From contig JABIGM010000003.1 in assembly GCA_018650165.1 (NCBI GenBank), positions 1-28,601 on the forward strand: 28,601 nucleotides of DNA. The letters are read 5' to 3'. A program made the translations under genes and the position numbers. Position 1 is the first letter of the stretch; every line of letters starts with the position of its first letter. The stretch comes from Methanobacteriota archaeon. Lineage in GTDB: Archaea; Thermoplasmatota; Poseidoniia; Poseidoniales; Poseidoniaceae. Under the pieces are notes generated by a model. That model was given only the letters and a program-made list of their open reading frames with translations. It did not search any database and was not told the DNA's origin. Shown here one piece after another: positions 1 to 6,871 of the stretch.

Positions 1-762
1 AAGGAATACTATTGTTACTGCAGATTTTGGAATGTGTTTTATTGCATATTTTGCTCCAAAAAATGCAGATAATAACGCCATTGGCAGGATAATAATTATT
101 GGTAAAATACCTATTGTTTCAATCATTTGCCCTATGTTTTTATCGAGAATAATATGGCTCAATAGGGCCACTGGAACGATTGTGGCACTGATCAAATAAC
201 TAGTGCCCGCTGCTTTGTTTGCATCCATTTTCAACAATGAACGGTTAAGGGTTACTAGAATTGCTCCTCCTCCAATTCCCAACATTCCAGCTGAAGTACC
301 AGCAAAAGCTGCTCCCAATCTATATTGGTTGGTTTTTGTCGAAATTGAAATTTCTTCTTCCCTCGCCTCATCTCCTGAAATCATTCTACGAATTGTTCTT
401 TCAAAGACAAATGCTAGAATTAAAGCTGCTAATATTTTGACTCCTATTTCGCCTACACTGTGTATGAAATATCCAGAAATATATGTTCCAAGAATTGCGG
501 CGGGAATTGCGGTAATTCTCCCAGTGTTTGCTACCGTGTTATCTGCATAGCCATCTTTTGAATGTGCCAAACTACTCCCTAAAGCGACCATGAAAACTAA
601 GCTGAGTGATGCTACAACTGCATCTTGTATATCCCAACCCAATAGATAGTAGATGATTGGGACGTATAAGACGCCCCCCCCTAGACCTAATGGGCTGAAA
701 ATTAGTGCGACAAATAATAATGAAAACACAGCAACTAGGCTAATAATTTCCAAAAATATCAC
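1..762 (-). CDS. Sulfite exporter TauE/SafE (TSUP) family membrane protein, 3' end truncated by window edge
   Basis: Absent from the ORF track (no stop in window). Manual translation from GTG 762 (or in-frame TTG 753 after a GGAGTGA SD-like site) gives MIFLEIISLVAVFSLFIVALIFSPLGLGGGVLYVPIIYYLLGW...AGMLGIGGGAILV, i.e. the two GxGGG repeats and multiple hydrophobic helices typical of TSUP. Confidence 0.85.
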   Translation of the reverse strand, partial: MIFLEIISLVAVFSLLFVALIFSPLGLGGGVLYVPIIYYLLGWDIQDAVVASLSLVFMVALGSSLAHSKDGYADNTVANTGRITAIPAAILGTYISGYFIHSVGEIGVKILAALILAFVFERTIRRMISGDEAREEEISISTKTNQYRLGAAFAGTSAGMLGIGGGAILVTLNRSLLKMDANKAAGTSYLISATIVPVALLSHIILDKNIGQMIETIGILPIIIILPMALLSAFFGAKYAIKHIPKSAVTIVFL

Positions 763-813
763 TCCTTATCCAAAATGAAATGTTCTGATTTTGAAATGGT
801 TACGAGTATTTCT

Positions 814-1092
814 TCATTGGAAGAATTCTGCGTGTTCACAGTGTGGACAGGCGATTGTGTATTTTGCCTTCTTTGGTTTTGGAACTTTCATTATTGTTCC
901 GCACATTTCACATTGATGTTTGATTGTGTCTGGGCCTTTTGGTTTAGCGGAAGCCTCGAGTGTTCGACCAACATCGGTTGACCAACCGACCGAATCAGAA
1001 TATGAATCGGTCTTCTTCATTTTCTTACTCTTAAGTGAAAGTTTTAGCTTCCTCTTCTTCCGACCTTTGCCTGGTGGGGCCTTGCTTGCCAT
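814..1092 (-). CDS. Small lysine-rich protein with C-terminal zinc ribbon (CxxC...CxxC), function unknown
   Basis: 92 aa; basic N-terminus (KGRKKRKLKLSLKSKKMKK); CEMC and CPHC pairs; lies between two same-strand genes. Confidence 0.75.
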   Translation of the reverse strand: MASKAPPGKGRKKRKLKLSLKSKKMKKTDSYSDSVGWSTDVGRTLEASAKPKGPDTIKHQCEMCGTIMKVPKPKKAKYTIACPHCEHAEFFQ

Positions 1093-1138
1093 GATTACCG
1101 CTATGCGTCACTATATTCAATCACTTCGGCTATTTTCA

Positions 1139-2452
1139 TCAATTGATAATTGTAGATTTTCCGTTAATTGGTGTGTGCACGGTGTGCCCGTTTTTTTCTA
1201 ACTCTTCAACGAGTGGTGGGCGCGCGTGGTTAGGATCTGTGTGATAGACGATGACTGTTTCAGCCTCGCATTGCTTTGCGAATTCAACAATCTCTGATTG
1301 GCCTGCGTGGGTTGAAAAAGAAAATTGACTAACTTCCAATTCGATCGGTGTTTTTGTATTCCATATGGGAACCTGTTTTTCATCCAATAACATTCGTCCA
1401 CCGGTGCCCGATGCTTGATAGCCCGTAAGTAAAATTGCATTCTTAGGGTCTTCTCTCAATCGATTAAGATACCAAATAGATGGTCCGCCTTCCATCATTC
1501 CAGAGGTCGAAACTATACAATCTGCATTCAATGCCTTTTTCTTATCAGATTTTGATGAAACCCTCCTACACCATTTCCAGGCATCGTCTAAGGCTTGGGG
1601 GTCCCTAAGGGCGTCAGGGTGTTCTTTCTGTAATTTTGCAACGTGTTTTCCCATTCCATCAACATGTACGTCTAAATCTGGTAGGTGTTTATGTAAAGTC
1701 ATCACAATGTCCTGAGTTCTTCCATTAGCAAATGCTGGAATTAATGCAGTCCCCCCTCTTTCAGTTACCTCAACAACTCTATCGATAAATGCTTGAATTG
1801 TTTCTTCTTTGGGTGGATGATCTCTTCCTCCATACGTACCTTCAACGAAAAGCGCATCGCATTTTTCTGGTTTGGCGCCTGATGTTAAGGGGGAATCTCG
1901 AGTATCAAAATCTCCCGTGAATAGAAGTTTATGTGTATCGGTTTCTACGTTGAGCATTGCTGCTCCAGGAATATGCCCAGCCTTTGTTAATTTTAATTTC
2001 CAAGATTCATTTTCCCATGTTTCACCAAATGAATGTGTACGCCATGATGATATCGCTTCATCGATATCTCTTTTGTCCCAAGCCAATGGATACCCTTCTA
2101 TTCGGCTTACTTTGTAACAATCGTTCCACATCATTTCGCTTAGTTTTGCAGTTAATGCCGTCCCATGTAATCTAGTTCTATGATTAGAACATAACCATGG
2201 AGCCATTCCAAGATGATCGATATGAGAATGAGTAATTACAGCATCTTTGATACTTGGTGCTTCTCTAGGATATCTTGGTGGATTTGTTGGAGCTAATCCA
2301 TAATCAAGTAACATCTTAGTGCCTTCTTTGTCTTCAAAAACACAACCAACATTACCAACTTCATCTCCTCCTCCGAGATAATGGTATCTTATTCCATTCT
2401 CTGGAGGATTTTCAGGATAAGAGGTTGTTCGTCCTGGAGAATAAAACACCAT
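1139..2452 (-). CDS. Metallo-beta-lactamase / beta-CASP ribonuclease (KH-less, aCPSF2-like)
   Basis: Motifs DYG, THSHIDH, AGHIPG, FTGDF, EGTYG, PAFANGRTQ, SGMMEGG, TGYQ and STHAG; no N-terminal KH domains. Confidence 0.9.
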   Translation of the reverse strand: MVFYSPGRTTSYPENPPENGIRYHYLGGGDEVGNVGCVFEDKEGTKMLLDYGLAPTNPPRYPREAPSIKDAVITHSHIDHLGMAPWLCSNHRTRLHGTALTAKLSEMMWNDCYKVSRIEGYPLAWDKRDIDEAISSWRTHSFGETWENESWKLKLTKAGHIPGAAMLNVETDTHKLLFTGDFDTRDSPLTSGAKPEKCDALFVEGTYGGRDHPPKEETIQAFIDRVVEVTERGGTALIPAFANGRTQDIVMTLHKHLPDLDVHVDGMGKHVAKLQKEHPDALRDPQALDDAWKWCRRVSSKSDKKKALNADCIVSTSGMMEGGPSIWYLNRLREDPKNAILLTGYQASGTGGRMLLDEKQVPIWNTKTPIELEVSQFSFSTHAGQSEIVEFAKQCEAETVIVYHTDPNHARPPLVEELEKNGHTVHTPINGKSTIIN

Positions 2453-2488
2453 GTTGCTTCGTTAAAACAATCTGCAATGAAGATGTCG

Positions 2489-2813
2489 CACCCCTGTGTT
2501 TCCATTGGAGTTATTTTTAAGGTTCTAATTATCGATTTACTTTAGTTATACTTATGGACTATACGCGAAAAACATCAATGGGTCTTACTTCGTATAGGTG
2601 ATGAATACATCATTTCCTACTTCATCACAACCATCTAATATCTTCTACAGTGGAAATTAGGGGGTCTGTGAACATACAACCTTCTTTCTGTAAAAAACTT
2701 AAATTATTTTTCTTATGGAATAATAATCCAAATGAAAATCCAATAAAATATTTTAAAATTATTAATTCCAGTAGCAATCCGCCGAAGCAGCAATGTGTAT
2801 GTGTCCACTGCAA
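2489..2813. other. Putative archaeal replication origin (ORB-like boxes plus AT-rich unwinding element)
   Basis: ORB-like CTCCAATGGAAACACAGGGGTG (-, 2489-2510) and CTACAGTGGAAATTAGGGGGT (+, 2645-2665); degenerate mini-ORBs TTCCAGTAGCAAT (+, 2766-2778) and TTGCAGTGGACAC (-, 2801-2813); 2691-2770 has 11 G+C in 80 nt; flanking genes point away on both sides. Confidence 0.65.
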
Positions 2814-2818
2814 CAAAT

Positions 2819-3022
2819 ATGGCGGAGGCTAAAGTACCAATTTTTGTGGTAGACGAATATCTCTGCTATGGGTGTGGAGCATGTATTGCACTTTGTCCAA
2901 CCAACGCTTTAGATTTAGTTAACAGATTAGCTATAGTCAAACAAGAAAGTTGTACTTTATGCGAACACTGTATCCCTTCTTGTCCGGTTTTTGCTTTACG
3001 AATCGAGGATGTGAAAGCATGA
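2819..3022 (+). CDS. 2[4Fe-4S] ferredoxin
   Basis: 67 aa from ATG 2819; two CxxCxxCxxxCP motifs (CYGCGACIALCP, CTLCEHCIPSCP). Confidence 0.93.
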   Translation: MAEAKVPIFVVDEYLCYGCGACIALCPTNALDLVNRLAIVKQESCTLCEHCIPSCPVFALRIEDVKA

Positions 3023-3645
3023 TCGAAATAGCAGGGTGTGGCCTTACGGGAATCTCCTGTGCCTTGGAATTGTTAGAAAAAAAACTACCAGTTACAATTT
3101 ACGAATCAAGGCAAGAAATCGGCAATCCAACTAGATCACCAGGAATAATCAAAACTTTAGATTCGAATTTAATCAAACCAACCGTTGCAAAACCAACAAA
3201 ATACGGCTGGGCGTTACGTAGAGAATGGCTTGAGAAGTCATTAGCTCAAAAAGTTGTAGATTTAGGTGGAATTATTAGATTAAAAACCAAAGCACCACCA
3301 AATTCAGTAGATTGCACCGGAGGGAAATCTTCTGCTCCAGGATGGCCTGTTGCCGGAACGAAAGAAAATCTTGTAAAATGGAGGGGCGGCATTGTGATTA
3401 AAACAGATATACCAAGCGAATTTATTCTAAATAAAATGAGCGAAGATAGATTTTGTTTCGAAAGAGGAGACGAACTAGTAGAATGTTGGATTAGAGGGGA
3501 ACTACCTCGTCCAAAACAAGGATGGTTGGAAATTTTAGAAGGCGAACATCCTTACAACGTGGATGAGATTTGGGCTGACGAATCAATAGCAGAAGGTAAG
3601 AAAACCGCCCAAAACATCATTCAATCCCGGCTGGAGGTTTCATAA
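3019..3645 (+). CDS. Short (208 aa) FAD-dependent oxidoreductase, geranylgeranyl-reductase-like
   Basis: ATGA overlap with the ferredoxin stop; Rossmann IAGCGLTG; YESRQEIGNPTRSPG, GWALRREWLEKSLAQ and VDCTGGKS resemble GGR segments, but the protein is about half the usual length. Confidence 0.7.
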   Translation: MIEIAGCGLTGISCALELLEKKLPVTIYESRQEIGNPTRSPGIIKTLDSNLIKPTVAKPTKYGWALRREWLEKSLAQKVVDLGGIIRLKTKAPPNSVDCTGGKSSAPGWPVAGTKENLVKWRGGIVIKTDIPSEFILNKMSEDRFCFERGDELVECWIRGELPRPKQGWLEILEGEHPYNVDEIWADESIAEGKKTAQNIIQSRLEVS

Positions 3646-3646
3646 C

Positions 3647-4465
3647 ATGCTTCCAGATGAAGGGCTACTCAACTATATTGTTGACAGATCACATGGGTGC
3701 AGACACGTTACACTAATCGACCCCGGAAAACAAAGCGCAGAAGAAGCCACAAAACGCTCGATTGCAGCAATATCGGCAGGGTCGCGGATGATATTCATTG
3801 GTGGTTCAACAGATACACCTGATGAGGTAGTACACGAAACTTGTAAAATGATACAAGAAGCATTAGAATTGCAAATATTCGCATCAAGCCAAGACCCTGC
3901 ATCGGACGAGGATATATGGAGAGTACCAGTCGTATTATTCCCAGGAGGGGCGCACGCACTATCTCCAGCGGCAGATGGAATAACTTTCATGATGCTAATG
4001 AATTCTCAAATCCGTAGATTTCTTATCGAAGAGCAACTAAAAGGCGCCCCCTATTTACACAAATTCGGTGTAGAAGCAATACCTACTGGATATCTTGTAT
4101 TTTCACCCGGTGGCAAAGTTGGAGAAGTAGGGGAAGCAGATTTGATTGAACCCACACAAACAGAATTAGTAAATTCCTATGCGTTAACAGCCAAGATGTA
4201 TGGATTCCAAATTCTCTATCTAGAGGCTGGTAGCGGGGCTAGCACGCAAGTAGATTCCAAATGTATCGAGGCTGCAAGAGAAGTGGACGAAATTTGTTTA
4301 TTTGTAGGAGGGGGGATTCGTTCTTCCGAACAAGCAGCAAAAGCCGCAAACGCAGGAGCAAATTGGATTGTTACAGGAACACTTACTGAAGACGCAGCAA
4401 ATCTTCAAGAACTTAGTGAAAGAATCTCTAAAGTTGTAGCCGGAGCTCAATCTTCTTCATCATAA
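3647..4465 (+). CDS. Geranylgeranylglyceryl phosphate (GGGP) synthase, group II
   Basis: HVTLIDP, IGGS, LFPGG, TGYLV, YLEAGSG and VGGGIRS motifs of the GGGPS TIM barrel; starts 1 nt after the upstream stop. Confidence 0.92.
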   Translation: MLPDEGLLNYIVDRSHGCRHVTLIDPGKQSAEEATKRSIAAISAGSRMIFIGGSTDTPDEVVHETCKMIQEALELQIFASSQDPASDEDIWRVPVVLFPGGAHALSPAADGITFMMLMNSQIRRFLIEEQLKGAPYLHKFGVEAIPTGYLVFSPGGKVGEVGEADLIEPTQTELVNSYALTAKMYGFQILYLEAGSGASTQVDSKCIEAAREVDEICLFVGGGIRSSEQAAKAANAGANWIVTGTLTEDAANLQELSERISKVVAGAQSSSS

Positions 4466-5739
4466 AGAACAGGATCTCCTGTTCCACCAGGCGACTCTGG
4501 GCGAGTACTTCCATCAACATCCATTCCTTTTTCAATAACTTCAAGGGCGGAATCAAGGTCTATTGTTCCACCTTCTGCTAACGTTTGCATATCGTCTGCA
4601 GTTGGCGTAGAAATTTTTCTTTCTACATCTGGAGTATTGGCATAAACCTCTTTCTTCAGTTCTCTTTCATCATGACTTCTAACTAAAGATAGCGAATCTG
4701 CAAAGACCCGACCTACAACTTCACGAGTACGTTCAGAGCGCTTTGCACCATCTAATTCATGAACAGCAGTATCTCGTTGAGATTCCAACTCTCTCACTTC
4801 AGACGTACGGTCTGTCAATGCAGCCTCTAAATCACCAATTGTAAGGGACATTTGCTGAACCCTTTCATCTCTTTCAAAGACATCATTATGTAATCGGCGT
4901 TCACGCCTTCTAAGGGATTCATATTCTCTATTTCTTTCAAGCAACCGGCGTTTTAATTCTTCAATTTGCTCAACCAAATAATCATGTTCAGCTGAAACAG
5001 AACGGGGACCCTGCATCACCCGTTCTAGTTGCTCTTCTAATTCACCCAGCCTCTTATCTCTAGCATCTAACAAACCACGTAATCTATCAGCAATATCTCT
5101 GAGACGCTGTCGCTCTTCTTCTAAAGCGTCATTAGCAGCCTTTTCAGCACTAAGTTCACCAGATAGAATATCTGCCTGAGATTTTAATGCACGAACTTCA
5201 TCAGCCGTTACACTTGTTAAACCAGCATCGGCAGCTCTTTCCAAAGCCGCAACCATTTGGGCCATACGGCCTTCCATTTCTCCAATAACATCATCCTGTT
5301 GAGTTGTTAGTTCTCTAAGTTGCATAGTTTCATTTTCTAATGAAGCACGCTCTTCAGCAGAAAGGCCCGATTTACTTTCACCCAACTCTTTTCTTGTATC
5401 TTCAAGTAAACGCTCTAGATGAACAACCCTCGCCCCGGCTTCTTCGAGATGGCCTTCTGTAGCCCGTAGTTGCGCAACCTCTGGTGCAACTTCGTCCTTA
5501 CGCTCTGCTAAATCTAATTCAAGAACACGCAGACGTTGCTTAGAAGTTACAAGATCTTCGTTTCGATCAGCCAACTCTTGCCAGGCAACCAAGACCTCTT
5601 CGACCAGTTGATCAACAGGGTAAGCGCGCAACATTCCTTCAAGGGCTGCGCGCTCATCTCCCGTACTATCTGAGATGCGATGAATACCACCTGAGGTTGA
5701 TCTACCGAGCGTCATTGCACACATTCGTGCAACAACCAT
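4447..5739 (-). CDS. Long coiled-coil protein (430 aa) with acidic tail, function unknown
   Basis: Long heptad-like E/L/R/A-rich helical region; AGGTTGA SD-like site before ATG 5739; 50 nt downstream of the actin gene on the same strand; 3' end overlaps GGGPS by 19 nt. Confidence 0.85.
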   Translation of the reverse strand: MVVARMCAMTLGRSTSGGIHRISDSTGDERAALEGMLRAYPVDQLVEEVLVAWQELADRNEDLVTSKQRLRVLELDLAERKDEVAPEVAQLRATEGHLEEAGARVVHLERLLEDTRKELGESKSGLSAEERASLENETMQLRELTTQQDDVIGEMEGRMAQMVAALERAADAGLTSVTADEVRALKSQADILSGELSAEKAANDALEEERQRLRDIADRLRGLLDARDKRLGELEEQLERVMQGPRSVSAEHDYLVEQIEELKRRLLERNREYESLRRRERRLHNDVFERDERVQQMSLTIGDLEAALTDRTSEVRELESQRDTAVHELDGAKRSERTREVVGRVFADSLSLVRSHDERELKKEVYANTPDVERKISTPTADDMQTLAEGGTIDLDSALEVIEKGMDVDGSTRPESPGGTGDPVLYDEED

Positions 5740-5789
5740 TATTCAACCTTTCATTGGTAGATGGCCCTAAAGGGCCCATTACAAGACCC

Positions 5790-6794
5790 TTAGTTGATAG
5801 CGGTGTATTGCTCATCAGGCATGTCTTGGGCAAGTGCCATAGCGCCTGTAGCGACCTTTTCAATAGGATCTTCAACACAAACTACAGTGACATCACCAAT
5901 ATCGGCAATTTCGTTTGCGATGGCGTCAGCAACTCCTTCGATTAAAGAGCCGCCGCCAGATAGAATGATATTGTTACGAAGAATTGGTTGATATTCAGGG
6001 TCAGCAGTTGCAACAATTGACTTAATTGCTCCACCCACCTTTCCAACAATCATTGCGCATGCCGACTTGACCAAATCACCAATATCGACTTCTTGCTTCT
6101 TTCCGTCTACAGATAATTCAACGACATGTTCGCGGTCATCCCCACTCAAGTACGAGAATTCTTCTTTCCACTTTCGCACCATGTCCTTAGTAACCTGAGC
6201 GCCAGTATACTTTTTCTTTACAAGAGTCATTAATTGGATATCAATCCAATCTCCTGCTTCTTGGATAGTTAGCTGATCCTCTTCACTTGGGAACACACCG
6301 TAAAGGCGAGCAATGTCTGTTGTACCTGCGCCAATATCAACACATATCGAACCAGCGATTTCACCAATTCCATATGCAGTAGCGAATGGTTCTGTTACAA
6401 CCATGATGGCATTTACTTGTCCACGTAGTGTTGCGACCAAGTTGCTTTTGTCAGTAAAAGATACATGTGATGGTGAGCATATTACACCAAACACTTCATC
6501 ATATTCTTCAGGACCTACGGTTTCGATTAGGTGAGTTACAAACGCCTTTGCAGCAGCCAGGTTTGCTTCATCATCTTGAGCAACACCAGCGGCCATTGGA
6601 CGATAGAGGTTACATGCTAATTTGTTCTTTAACGCATCATTTCCAAATAATACATCGCGCTTAAGCATATTTCTAGCAATGGGGTCTTTAGGTCGGCCAA
6701 CCACTGTTTCGATAGTTTCTATTGTTCCAGCACTACTTGCAATGGTAGATTGGTAGGTTCCCAAATCAATTCCAACATAGAGTCTCTCGCTCAT
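5790..6794 (-). CDS. Actin-like ATPase, MamK/salactin-like (MreB/Mbl superfamily)
   Basis: 334 aa from ATG 6794 (SD GGGTGAG). Phosphate-1 GIDLGT, connect-1 VTEPF, phosphate-2 VDIGAGTTD, adenosine LSGGGS; segments VVGRPKDPI, PSEEDQLTI and PEYQPILRNNII resemble MamK rather than MreB. Confidence 0.88.
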   Translation of the reverse strand: MSERLYVGIDLGTYQSTIASSAGTIETIETVVGRPKDPIARNMLKRDVLFGNDALKNKLACNLYRPMAAGVAQDDEANLAAAKAFVTHLIETVGPEEYDEVFGVICSPSHVSFTDKSNLVATLRGQVNAIMVVTEPFATAYGIGEIAGSICVDIGAGTTDIARLYGVFPSEEDQLTIQEAGDWIDIQLMTLVKKKYTGAQVTKDMVRKWKEEFSYLSGDDREHVVELSVDGKKQEVDIGDLVKSACAMIVGKVGGAIKSIVATADPEYQPILRNNIILSGGGSLIEGVADAIANEIADIGDVTVVCVEDPIEKVATGAMALAQDMPDEQYTAIN

Positions 6795-6871
6795 TTTTCT
6801 CTCACCCTTGTCCTTCGGACATAATGGCCATGGAGTCACCCGCCTTGAATGTTCACTCGCGCTTAAGCGGT

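Noticed and set aside
2575-2635. Minus-strand peptide ILDGCDEVGND resembling the beta-CASP N-terminus (YLGGGDEVGNV)
   Set aside because: Flanked by stops, with no start and only a very short similarity; treated as chance.
2625-2832. 60-63 aa ORFs in the AT-rich intergenic region
   Set aside because: Composition reflects AT richness; the region is better explained by ORB boxes and promoters.
4447-5739. SMC/Rad50 call for the coiled-coil protein
   Set aside because: No Walker A/B, signature motif or hinge/zinc hook; too short.
4447-6794. Magnetosome island suggested by the MamK-like actin
   Set aside because: No other mam/mms-type genes (TPR MamA, CDF MamB/M, HtrA MamE, magnetochrome proteins) in the window; the neighbours are housekeeping genes.
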